Shown here: piece by piece, positions 1 through 10,948 of the stretch | Layout of the letters: every line of letters begins with the position of its first letter | How positions within the stretch are numbered: the first letter of the stretch is position 1 | Source of the DNA: Macrostomum lignano | Lineage: Eukaryota | DNA: 37,239 nt | Assembly (NCBI GenBank): GCA_002269645.1 | Contig: NIVC01003551.1 | Coordinates: 1 to 37,239, forward strand | Reading direction: 5' to 3' | Program-made: the position numbers and the translations under genes | The notes under the pieces: generated by a model | Told to the model about the DNA's origin: nothing | Databases searched by the model: none | Seen by the model: the letters and a program-made list of their open reading frames with translations, nothing else

Positions 1-811
1 CTGAAGGAGAGGCGTAACACACTGAAGGAGAGCGGTAACACACTGAAGGAGGGGGCGTAACACACTGATGGAGGGCGGTAACACACTGAAGGAGGGGGTG
101 GTAACACACTGATGGAGGGGCGGTAACACACTGATGGAGGGGCGGTAACACACTGATGGAGAGGCGTAACACACTGATGGAGGGGCGTAACACACTGATG
201 GAGGGGGCGGTAACACACTGATGGAGGGGCGGTAACACACTGATGGAGGGGGCGGTAACACACTGATGGAGGGCGGTAACACACTGATGGAGGGGGCGGT
301 AACACACTGATGGAGGGGCGGTAACACACTGAAGGAGAGGCGGTAACACACTGAAGGAGAGGGGCGGTAACACACTGATGGAGGGGCGGTAACACACTGA
401 TGGAGGGGCGGTAACACACTGATGGAGGGGGCGGTAACACACTGAAGGGGCGGTAACACACTGAAGGGGGGCGGTAACACACTGATGGAGGGGGCGGTAA
501 CACACTGATGGAGGGGCGGTAACACACTGATGGAGGGGCGGTAACACACTGAAGGAGAGGCGGTAACACACTGAAGGAGAGGCGGTAACACACTGAAGGA
601 GAGGCGGTAACACACTGAAGGGGGCGGTAACACACTGAAGGAGAGGCGGTAACACACTGAAGGTGAGGGGGCGGTAACACACTGAAGGAGGGGGCGGTAA
701 CACACTGATGGAGGGGCGGTAACACACTGAAGGAGGGGCGGTAACACACTGATGGAGGGCGGTAACACACTCAAGGAGGGGGCGGTAACACACTCAAGGA
801 GGGGCGGTAAC
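1..811. repeat. Minisatellite, ~22-25 bp unit (GGTAACACACTGA[T/A]GGAGGGGC), running off the window start
   Basis: Direct tandem repetition visible; unit length varies with the G-run length. Confidence 0.95.
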
Positions 812-1050
812 TGGTAATACAATGCTCAGGATGTGCGACTGCACTTGCAACCTTTGCATTAAGTTTTGTTATATTCTATCACTAGAGCCCAAGTATTTCA
901 GTTAATTTTACGTTGATTAAATACTAAAACAATTCCCAAACACAAATATTGATGTTAATCGGATAAATATTGCAATGTACTGCCACGGCCTGCTGTCAGT
1001 CATGACAAATCAAGTGCGCCATTCGAAATTTCTATTCTGTACTTCCTCAG

Positions 1051-2464
1051 GGTGCGGCGGGCCAAAGGGCGGCTGACAGAGCTGCAACTTCCCATGGTGA
1101 GTATCTTGTATTAGTTCTTCACAAGTTGTTCGCGCATAGGTCTCCAATGAGAGCTATAGCAGCGTCAGTCTAACAAATTTTCGGAACTCATTTTAGCGTC
1201 GCAGGCACTCATTTTGGCGCCGCAGGCACTCATTTTGGCGCCGCAGGCACTCATTTTAGCGCCACAGGCACTCATTTTGGCGCCGCAGGCACTCATTTTG
1301 GCGCCGCAGGCACTCATTTTAGCGCCGAAGGCACTCATTTTAGCGCCGCAGGCACTCATTTTGGCGCCGCAGGCACTCATTTTGGCGCCGCAGCACTCAT
1401 TTTGGCGCCGCAGATACTCATTTTGGCGCCGCAGGCACTCATTTTGGCGCCGCAGGCACTCATTTTGGCGCCGCAGGCACTCATTTTGGCGCCGCAGATA
1501 CTCATTTTGGCGCCGCAGGCACTCATTTTGGCGCCGCAGGCACTCATTTTGGCGCTCTGAAGAAAAATGATTGATTACCACAACGAGTTACAAGGTGGGG
1601 TGGGGGGACACAAAACATTGGCATATCCTCCCATAGCTTTTACTAGGAGACATGTCCCCCCCCCCCGGTGGCGACGCGCCTGTCAGGTTGTACACTTCGG
1701 GAAAGATTTGCGACTCCAGATTTTTGAAATCAACTCATATACTCGTAGATCACCAGGGGGAGGTGAACGCGTCCGACTCTCGACGACACTTCACGACCGC
1801 TGGTTCGATTCCAAATTCATCTGGGGCTTGTGCCAGAAAATTGGGGGGGGGGTTGTCATGCGATTCACAGACATGAGGAACACCAACTCCCCAAGGCCTT
1901 TCCAAGGCTCCCCAAAGTCAGTTTCTTTGCCTGTTATACTGGGGTTTTAGCCTAGTGGTCGGAGCGTCGGACTCACGACTTGAAGGTCGTGGGTTCGATT
2001 CTTGACTAACTCGGAGCAATTCGTGTCCTTGAGCAAGACCACTTAAGAAGTCTGCATTACTTCAGTTCACCCAGCTGTAAAATGGGTGCCAGCATTAGCT
2101 GGGGTAATTGAGGGTGTGTGGCGACCCCCCAGTCCTTGGAGTGAACAGCCGTACGCAGCCTTCAGATGCGCCGCGCAATAGCTGCGGCTGAGCTGTCGGT
2201 TGCACATCTACTGGGGCAGGTGTAATCAGTTATTATTATTATTATTATTGGCAGTTATACACTTTGGAAAGGCCAGCAATCATCATTTATCCTCTTGCTG
2301 CAGATGCTGCGGGCCCATCGAAGGCCTCTGCGGGTCGCAGGTCGCGCAGTCGCGGCGGCGGCGGCAAATCGGGATCAAAGACAGCGGCGGCGCCTGTGAA
2401 GCGGCGCCCGGCCTCAGCCAGCCGGCCTGTGATTGATAGCAGCGCCGCCTGTCGCAAGAAGTGA
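1051..2464 (+). CDS. Probable last two exons (1051-1096, 2304-2464) of a gene starting upstream of the window; basic, low-complexity C-terminus
   Basis: Acceptor TTCCTCAG|1051, donor 1096|GTGAGT, acceptor CTTGCTGCAG|2304. The phase-1 join reads GAAGQRAADRAATSH-D-AAGPSKASAGRRSRS...CRKK*. Both exons are GC-rich. No recognisable domain. Confidence 0.4.
1186..1555. repeat. Minisatellite, 21-bp unit (GGCACTCATTTTGGCGCCGCA), ~17 copies
   Basis: Direct tandem repetition; explains the ORFs 1165..1581 and 1214..1570. Confidence 0.95.
1941..2248 (+). mobile_element. tRNA-derived SINE with CORE-like central domain and (TTA)n tail, copy 1
   Basis: A-box TAGCCTAGTGG and B-box GGTTCGATTC. Central GTGTCCTTGAGCAAG..CACTTAA..CTGTAAAATGGG resembles the MIR/CORE consensus. 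(TTA)n tail; imperfect flanking direct repeat TTGCCTGTTATAC/TTGGCAGTTATAC. A second copy lies at 6373-6610. Confidence 0.8.
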
Positions 2465-3869
2465 ATGAAGCCTTGGACAGGGCTGCTCAAAGTTTAAAGG
2501 CGCTTCACCCCCCTCAAGTACTGCATGTTTTTACAAGCAAACTGAATGACATGATATGACACGTCTGTATCGTCAATTTATATTTTTCGAGACAAGATTC
2601 AGGTCCACTAAAAGTACTTTGTTTCTTGGAAGTCTGTTGAAACTCAACATTTTCCAGATATTTTCCAGAAAAAATTGTCAACGCATTCTTAAGAAGATTG
2701 GGCAGGCAAGCTAAACCTTAAATCCGATAATTCCGCTAAAAAGTTCATGTAGTACTTTATACTTCTCCTTGAGTCTTGAGCTTTCTGAGCTTTTGAAAAA
2801 CACAAAATCCTGCTGAAATTATCCTAGCAACTATTTTTTAGAAGAAAAATCGTAAAAAGCTCCTGAATGTAGTTTAGTTATTGTCTTACTTATTGCATAA
2901 GCTTATTTTATTATCTTCTAGTTCTAATAACTACCAAACTAGGTGCTCTATTTAGTTAATTATAACAAAATTTTAGCCAACTATAAATCATTATTTCTAC
3001 GCGCATCGGCTCAATTATTTATTTTGCAACAATTATATTCCATTGAAATTTGCTATTCCCGCTCAGTATGTTACCGCAATGTCCTGCAGCAGCACAATGA
3101 TATTATGTACATTTTTAGCCCAAATGCTTAATTGATCGCTTAATTATAGAGATTTGTATTACCTACCCTGGCAGGTAGCGATTAGTGATAGGTGTACTTT
3201 TATTTCAAATGGATTGCTCAAAAATACTTATCTAAATAGCCCACTGTTTTGGTTAGCTATTGTTTTCAAAAGCACGAAGTCAAAATGTTTTTAAAACCCA
3301 CTTTATTATGTAGCGGATACATACAGGCTACTTTAGAGTTACACTTAATAAGCGAAAAGTTGTCTAATAGTCAGAATGACGCAGAAGCATTTTCGTGCAT
3401 TTAGAACTGATTGTATGTGGCCCGGACCGCGAAGCCTCTCTCCGCGTCCCTCGGGTCCTTTGAAACTTCATAAGACCGATATCCGGCTCAAGGTCTAATC
3501 TTATTTCCTTTTCTCTCCTTTCATCTTTCATCTCATCTATCCTCTTATCTCATCTTCCATCTGTTTATCAGAGACAGGGGCTGTGTGTCCATGGCGCACT
3601 TTAAGCGACATTGTCACACAACCGGCGAGAGGCATTGCTGCCCATTCCGCCGACTCCCCTGAGCAGGCACACAAGCGCGCGGATACGTACGCAGTCATAC
3701 ACGCAGGCACACACTCACACAGGAGTGTACAGCGGCCCTAACTTTATTTATTTTTAGGCATGTACACTTCACTGTGCCTTGGGGGTTGGCCATCAAGGGC
3801 GTTAATTGCACGAGCAGAGCCAAGCCGAGATTCCAGATTCCAAGTCCTAAATTAATGTGACTGCAGTTG

Positions 3870-3977
3870 GAATCATTCTCTCATCTCCTCTCTCCTGCCT
3901 CTCCCTCCTCTATTGAATCACCAGCCATGAGCAGGGGATCTGGCCATTGAGGTAAAACCGGTTGCCGACCCCAGGTC
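3870..3977 (-). mobile_element. hAT-like non-autonomous element fragment with purine-rich interior
   Basis: Reverse complement reads CTGGGGTCGGCAACCGGTTTTACCTCAATGGCCAGAT followed by a GA-rich tract; similar to the segments at 9670-9854 and 33489-33630. Confidence 0.5.
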
Positions 3978-4062
3978 TATCAGCACCAGTTGGGACTCTT
4001 TCTTGGATTAGCTAATGCAGCTTACCGTTGCTGTGATGCAGTGTTTAGTTGTGCATATGGTT

Positions 4063-4782
4063 TCTGGTGTAGACAATTATATATTTAATTAAGAAGCCAT
4101 ATCAATAATATAGCAATTTCCAAGCCAATTGAGCCTAGGGGCAAGCAATTTAATCCTTATTGGGAGAATCAAGCTATTGAAGACTTGTTTTTCATTGTCT
4201 ATGGCCCAAAAAGGGGGTCTATGGAGTCTCTCAAAACAGTGTTGGACATATTGAAATAAAACCCGATCAATCTTTACGTGCAGCCATCGCGAAATGTGCT
4301 CAGCACTATTATCTCTCTCGATGGCAGCGACAATCAGGTCGTACCTTTCGTTGCTTATCTTGCGATAGGGTTCTCGCCCTGCAGGATTCTGCTCATCCAC
4401 TGCATCTTGGGCTGTAGCAGAACTTTCGTCACTGCTCTGCTGGTTAAATTCTTCGTCTGCCATATCCATGTTTGTCTGACGAAATCCGTTATTTTCTATG
4501 GTCTGAGGCTTGCACAAATGTGAAAAGGATTAATTGCGCGTCCAAATTCTCAAATTGGTTGCTCCATAGACCCCCTTTTTGGCCATAGACAATGAAAACA
4601 AGTCTTCAATAGATTGATTCTCCCAATAAGGATTAAATTGCTTGCCCCTAAGCTCAATTGGCTTGGAAAATGCTACATTGTCGTATTGAAAATAGTCCAC
4701 TTGTGACTTTGACTTTTAAACAAGAAGTCACAATTCGCTGAAAGTATATTTTTACTAATTTGTTAAAGTAATTGTCTATGGC
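4063..4782 (-). mobile_element. Internally deleted DNA transposon with ~115-bp inverted repeats around a transposase-like N-terminal HTH remnant
   Basis: 4111-4228 is the near-perfect reverse complement of 4562-4675. The spacer encodes MADEEF...YRKISNERYDLIVAAIERDNSAEHISRWLHVK, a Tc1/IS630-like HTH pattern. The GGCCATAGACAAT motif recurs at the ends. Confidence 0.6.
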
Positions 4783-4895
4783 CTCGGTGGCGCATCTCTC
4801 TCGCTCCTGACGTATAAAGACCTTCGTAACCATGTTATCTATATTAATATTATATTAAACACAATAGAAATATAGTTGCCGCAGCATAAAGAGTT

Positions 4896-6051
4896 ATGAA
4901 TTGTCCATCCAGCAGAACAAAGAGCTCAGTCGCAGCCAACGCCACAGGCAGTGTCGGCACAAAGCCCCAGGAAGCGGAGCCGGCCTCGCTGCCCCGACCC
5001 AAAAGTCGCACCAGCAGTGTTAGCTCAGGAAGCAGCTGCTCGCACAGCTGTGGCCAAAGCACCAGCTGCTCCGTGCCCGAGTCCGAGGCCCGATGGTCGG
5101 AGTTGCCAGCCCTGAAGCCGCTGGTGAACCCCCAGCGACTCCGAGCCCTGCGCCTCAGCAGTCGAGACGACGCGAGACACGGCGAGACGGTCTGGCAGCC
5201 GAGCCAGCGCAGCTGGAAGGAGGCAGTCGGTGGCGGCGACGCCACTGTCGCGGTGGAGCCTTCGAGTCCGCTGCACGAAATGGCTGGGCAGACCAGCGGA
5301 CCGCAGGACCCGGATGTGCGCACAAGGATGGACGGTACTTGCAACTGGTTCAAATAGTTTAGGGTGAACCAATTGGGGTTTTTGTACGCCTTAATTCACC
5401 CTAATCTTGTCCTCACTATCCTGGGTATGAATGTCAGCAGTGCAAAGCCAAGTTCCGCGTGCTCAGGCCAATGCCGGATTCGCAACTCTTCTCTGCATTG
5501 CAGCCTCCTCCTGCCGCATCGCCCCGTCTCCAACAGAGCGCAACCAGTGCAACAGCCGGCGACGCTGCCTCAGCGCCGACGAATTCGGCGACGTAGCGGA
5601 CGGTGACACCGACAGATCGACCTTGGCGTCGATGGCGCTTTACGATGAGGGCGCCGCCACCCTGGCGGCCTCGGCCAGCACGCCGCTGCAGCCGATCTAC
5701 CAGTACAGCTTCCGGGTGCCGGAGACCCGCGCCAACATGCGCGCCTTCTGCCACGCCTCCGACCGGCGCGTCGAGGCCATCGCCCGCGCCTGCGACTCGG
5801 AGATCCTGCTGGACCCGCAGCCAATCCGCACGGCCGCCGCCTCCGTCGCCCTCCGCCGGATCACCGTCAGGGCGCCGGACCTGCACAGCCTGGAGAAATG
5901 CTGCCGGATGTTCGACGACAAGTTTCCCCAGTTCTACGCCAGCTCGGGCCTCGGCCCGGACGGCCGCGGAGTCAGCAAGGTCTTCGACGACGACAGCGAG
6001 CGGCAAATTTCAGCTTCCAGCGACGAAATGACCTTCGGCAGCTTCTCTTAG
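4896..6051 (+). CDS. Two-exon orphan protein (~350 aa; exons 4896-5334, 5438-6051) with a C-terminal KH-like fold
   Basis: Donor GACG|GTACTT at 5335, branch-like CTAAT at 5401, NAGNAG acceptor at 5437/5440. The phase-1 join fuses ORFs 4896 and 5431 in frame. Exon 2 has strong GC3 bias. Confidence 0.65.
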
Positions 6052-6372
6052 CACTCGCTGGAGCCTTCGGCAGCATGGAGTGTGAGAGCCGCCTGCCTTG
6101 TGGCAAACCTTAATGACTGAGATTATTTTCCCTGTGGGTTCAGATTGTCATTCTACCTACGCCTAGCCTACGAGTATATGTATTTAAGTTCTGGCATTGT
6201 TTGCAATACGCGTACTAAACTTCTGTAAAATTGGATGCATAAAGTACGATAATAACCATTTTCCAACTGTGAATGCCTCCCAATTTTAAAAGATGAATAC
6301 TATTCAGATAAAAAATCTTCAAATTCACCGTCATCGAGAACACAACTCGATATTGTCGGTTGGTTGGAATAC

Positions 6373-6610
6373 TTTTTTTATTACACCTCCCCCTAATATG
6401 GGCTGATGTGCAACCGACAGCTCAGCTGCAACTATCGCCACGCACACCCCAATTACCCCAGCTAATGCTGGCACCCATTTTACAGCAGGGTGAACTGAAG
6501 CAATGCAGAGTTGCTCAAGGGTTGCAGAGTGGTCTTGCTCAAGGACGCAAATTGTTCTGAGTGGGTCGACAATCGAACCCTTGACGCAGTAACTAATAGG
6601 CTACCACCCC
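6373..6610 (-). mobile_element. tRNA-derived CORE-type SINE, copy 2 (internally deleted)
   Basis: Reverse complement shares GTCCTTGAGCAAGACCACT, CTTCAGTTCACCC.GCTGTAAAATGGGTGCCAGCATTAGCTGGGGTAATTG and GCTGAGCTGTCGGTTGCACATC with copy 1; A-box and B-box remnants are present. Confidence 0.8.
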
Positions 6611-7467
6611 GCGTGTCATAAATGTCTTTAACAAGATTTCCGTCATTGCGGAGAGGTCCCAGAAAACCGTGGCCCACTGGGCCAGCGGACATGAATTACA
6701 TCCAAACATTCGAAGTCGTACGTGTAAGCAACAAGAAATGCCGAATGTGATTAACACAGGTATTGCTTTGTTAGCACTGCAGTGAACCTGCTACCATGAG
6801 CAATAAAGCAACCATTACTCATTAGAGCAGTTGTTTAAAAAGTTATATTTTTCATAAAGATAACAGTAATAGTAACCAAATACAATGTCCAACTTGTCAA
6901 GCAGCAGTTTGCACTGACATTCCTCCACCTGCGACTTGTTCTCGGAACATCCAGAGACGCCAAAAAATGATTTGAACTCTTCCGACTGCTGATGTTGAAT
7001 TTCGAACTCCGCGAGCGGCTTAAGCCTTTTCTGCTCTATTTAGATTTGTTGGAAAAAATCGGATTGGGAAATCTTGAGTATTCTGGCACAAATTAGCTAT
7101 TGGTTGGCCTGATGGCGCTAGCAGCTCTGGGATCAGTCAGTGTGTATTGCAATAAAATCAGCCACCTTGTCACTTTGGCGCATTAAGTCAATAATTAATG
7201 ATTTTTCGGAATAGGTTAAATAATCTTGCGTTTCGTCTCCCTGGGGGGGGTGTTACACCCACGGCCAATTGAAATTTCTGCTTCCAAAGCCAGCAGGACA
7301 AAATTCAAAAAGTTTAGTACAAAAATTAATTACTTTTAAAAGCGACACAAATGCTGAACAGCACTTTCCCAGTACATTTCGTGGGTCTCCAGATCGGGAT
7401 CAACTCGGGGACCAATTTCGTGACCAGATCAGGACCAAATTGGGATCAGGATGGGACCAGTTTGGGA

Positions 7468-7905
7468 TCAGTCTGGGTATTGATGAGTCACTTCGCAGTT
7501 GGAATCAGTTGGTTGCGCAGGGAGTTGAGCTGGAACAGCAGCTGTGCCACTCGCCTGGCAGCAGGCGGCAGTGGCTGTGGCGGGTGCGCGCAGGCCCTCG
7601 TCAATCCTGGCAACCGTGGCGGACTCCGCCATGGACACCACGTTTAGCCGCTGCTGCTGAGCTTTAGGCGGGCTTTCCACGTCAGCCGCGCTCTGGTTGA
7701 CGACGTCTTCGATTGACATTCGAGTTGAAAACTGCTTGAGGCGCTGGCGCTTACGACTGCCCTCTTGCCTACCCGACTTCGGCGATTCTTCCTGATTGGG
7801 CGCGAGGCTCTGCCGGAGGACGCCGATGGCCAGCGCCGCCGTCAACGCGAGAGTCACCAGGAAGGCCGTGGCAACAACAACAAGAGCAATTTCTGTGGAA
7901 TTCAT
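7468..7905 (-). CDS. Small single-pass membrane protein (145 aa), N-terminal hydrophobic helix, no recognised family
   Basis: ATG-initiated GC-rich ORF. IALVVVATAFLVTLALTAALAIGVL is followed by a basic stop-transfer region and a disordered tail. Confidence 0.5.
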   Translation of the reverse strand: MNSTEIALVVVATAFLVTLALTAALAIGVLRQSLAPNQEESPKSGRQEGSRKRQRLKQFSTRMSIEDVVNQSAADVESPPKAQQQRLNVVSMAESATVARIDEGLRAPATATAACCQASGTAAVPAQLPAQPTDSNCEVTHQYPD

Positions 7906-8110
7906 CTGGCGGGCAGCAGTTGACTTTGTTGAGGTTTGAAGTTCTACTGAGCTTGAGTTCGGTTCAGCGGATCACCGGGCTACCGAGCTGCATGCTATCG
8001 CATTAGCAAAAATAAATGTTGTACAAACAAGAAATTGCGTTCATCAAGTCGTCACTGCATCGTAAATTTTGACTGAAAGATTGTTCGAGAGAGCTCATAG
8101 TCTATGGCCA

Positions 8111-8818
8111 GGGTCCATGAGAATTGCCCGCAGACGAATTGCCCGCCGAGATTTGCCCGCAGGAGATTTGCCCGTGGAGATTTGCCCGCCGAGCTTTTCC
8201 CGCGGAGATTTGCCCGCAGTGCATTTTGCCCGTGAGCGAATTGCCCGTGGAGATTTGCCCGCCGAGAATTGCCCGCCGAGATTTGCCCGCAGTGCAATTT
8301 TCCGCGAGTGAATTGCCGCGAGCGAATTGCCCGCCGAGTTTTTTCCCGCCGAGATTTGCCCGCAATCCTTTTTCCTGCAGCGCATTTGGCCACGCGGCAG
8401 ATTTTGTCTGCATTGCCTTCCCAATGCTTAGTACGTGTTAATCTTAATAAAGAGATTTACACGATCAAAACGTTTTGATAGTAACTGCATATCAAATGCA
8501 TATTTTGGGGGGAGCAATGTATGGACAGAATCTAGCTGCCAAATGCGCTGCAAAAAAAGGATTGCGGGCAAACCTCGGCGGGAAAAAACTCGGCGGGCAA
8601 TTCGCTCGCGGGCAATTCACTCGCGGGAAAATTGCACTGCGGGCAAATCTCGGCGGGCAATTCTCGGCGGGCAAATCTCCACGGGCAATTCGCTCACGGG
8701 CAAAATGCACTGCGGGCAAATCTCCGCGGGAAAAGCTCGGCGGGCAAATCTCCACGGGCAAATCTCCTGCGGGCAAATCTCGGCGGGCAATTCGTCTGCG
8801 GGCATTTCTCGTGCTCCC
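8111..8818. mobile_element. Foldback/MULE (Rehavkus-like) non-autonomous element with ~280-bp TIRs built of tandem TTGCCCGC subrepeats and a 9-bp TSD
   Basis: Left arm ~8111-8390 is the reverse complement of right arm ~8537-8818. Ends are GGG...CCC. TSD CTATGGCCA at 8102-8110 and 8819-8827. Confidence 0.85.
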
Positions 8819-9669
8819 CTATGGCCAGAGGAGGGAACGGTCGCTTAGCTTGAAGATTGCTACAATACGGTTGGTCAAGAATTGTTTCAGTATACATTCT
8901 CCTTTTCCCAGTGTGGCTTCGCCTCGGCCTGAGAAATGCATCCTCGGACTTACTTTTTCATAGACATATTTGGAAAAAGGAGAAAATATTTAACCTACTG
9001 AAAGCAAAAGACGTATCAATATCCAGTACAGTTAGTATATGGCACAAGGCTAAAGTTTTATGAATCTAGATGGTGCAGTCCATCCATACGCATACATAAT
9101 AGAAACATTTTACCATGGAAGACGACTTAGATCTAGTGTTAAGATATTTTGAAAGTAAAGAATCCGCTGCAACGAATCCTGCTGCTGGTAGTGATCGGTA
9201 GTGATTTTTGAGTGAGTGCTTACAAGACGCTTCTATTTCTTACTATGTTGAACTTCCTGTTGTTGGCTTTTTTCGTTTACGAGCGTACAATTTTTACATA
9301 CAACTATAGCAGGACTGAGAACTATTTCTCAGGCCTCGTTTGGGGACTGTATCTCTACAATCGATAAATTACCATAGAAGTTGTTGTTCCTCGGGATAAG
9401 GATGAGACTGGGATAGAGGCGAGAAATGCACTTTCTGTAGGTTAAATTAGCAAGCGATGTCACTGACTGCTCTCAGCTTGCAAGTTTACATACAAGGATT
9501 GTCTATGGCCAAATCGTGGGCAATCGGTGCAACAAGACTGCGCCATTGGATGAATAATAGAACTGGATCGCCAAAACCCCCAATTTTTTTGGTCCTAGCC
9601 ATAGACAAGCACCGGCATCACAAGAAGAAGCTCAGAATGCCGTACTTTCCCGTACGAATACGTGTAGCT

Positions 9670-9854
9670 TTTTAGCTTTTTACCTCAAGGCCAGATAGAG
9701 AACCAACCAAAGCGCATGATTGCGGTCCAGAAAGGGAAGAAACACGTGACGAGAGGAGAGATGAACTAGGAGAGAGGAGCAGAGGAGACGAGATTCGAAA
9801 ATGGAGCTGAGAAGAGACGTAAACCTTGAGAGGGCCGGAGTTTGCCGAGCCCTG
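9670..9854 (+). mobile_element. hAT-like non-autonomous element, 5'-truncated copy
   Basis: Ends AGTTTGCCGAGCCCTG (reverse complement CAGGGCTCGGCAAACT) followed by CCCTAGAG; interior shared with 33489-33630 and 3870-3977. Confidence 0.55.
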
Positions 9855-10512
9855 CCCTAGAGAACGCCCGTTGCTTGGCGGCCTCTTATTTCTAAGAAAA
9901 CCGAGTGCGATGTAATTAATTTGTTCAATGGTGCTACAGCGGTCCTGACTTTCTTCTTTCGTCGGGCATGTACACACTCCCTGTCGCTTGAGAGTTGACG
10001 TATACTAAACCTTCAATTGAAAAATAGCTTGAAAGCAAGCAATACACTTGCAACAATTATCAGTTAACCGACTCTGCTCTCGTCTTTAAACTCAAAAAAG
10101 GCGGCATCTTTCAAGCGAGTTTTATTTTCCGCACCAACGGCAGGAGCCTTCGCCAAAAAATACAATGCTGAAAATAATTTGCACTATTCCGAAATTAATA
10201 TGTATTAATTAAAAAAAGTTCAAATGGCCGTGCAGTCTCAGCACCAACGCAAAGACAGTGAATGACTGAAACAACTTGAAAAATGTATGCAGGTAACAGA
10301 GAGCACAAATGCTGCTAAAGCACTGCTGGGTGGCAATTACGTAGGGACATAGAGCATTAGGCAAAATAGTTCTGCAAATCAGAGTTGCCAACACATTTAG
10401 GATAATTAATCAATTTCTTGATTCTAAAATGTGCACAGTAAAATCAGATTGGAACAGCAGAGACGGAATCAACAGAGCCTTAGGGGATGGCCCGGCAACT
10501 GAGCATCTGAAA

Positions 10513-10913
10513 GGGGGTCAATCTGAGGATCTGACAGGGGTCAATTTGAGTATCTGACAGGGGGTCAATCTGAGGATCTGACAGGGGGTCAATTTGAGGA
10601 TCTGATAGGGGGTCAATTTGAGGATCTGACAGAGGGTCAATTTGAGGATCTGACAGGGGGTCAATCTGAGGATCTGACAGAGGGTCAATCTGACGATCTG
10701 ACAGGGGGGGGTCAATTTGAGGATCTGACAGGGGGGTCAATTTGAGGATCTGACAGGGGGGTCAATTTGAGGATCTGACAGGGAGGTCAAATTGAGTATT
10801 TGACAGGGGGTCAATCTGAGGATCTGACAGAGGGTCAATCTGACGATCTGACAGGGGGGTCAATTTGAGGATCTGACAGGGGGGTCAATTTGAGAATCTG
10901 ACAGGGGGTCAAT
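10513..10913. repeat. Minisatellite, ~24-26 bp unit (GGGGTCAATTTGAGGATCTGACAG), ~16 copies
   Basis: Direct tandem repetition. Confidence 0.95.
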
Positions 10914-10948
10914 CATTCAGAATCAAATGAGACGAGGACACCAGAGTC

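Noticed and set aside
1165-1581. Repetitive ORFs (CLRRQNE, APQALIL) as proteins
   Set aside because: They coincide exactly with a 21-bp minisatellite; the open frames follow from a stop-free unit whose length is divisible by 3.
1941-2005. Functional tRNA gene
   Set aside because: The anticodon and acceptor stems pair poorly, there is no Pol III terminator, and it continues into a SINE body found twice in the window.
8052-8963. Cluster of overlapping ORFs on both strands
   Set aside because: All are translations of the foldback element subrepeats.
8920-9340. Short inverted motif GGCCTGAGAAAT/ATTTCTCAGGCC as transposon ends
   Set aside because: Only ~12 bp of complementarity over 400 bp, with no TSD or recognisable interior.
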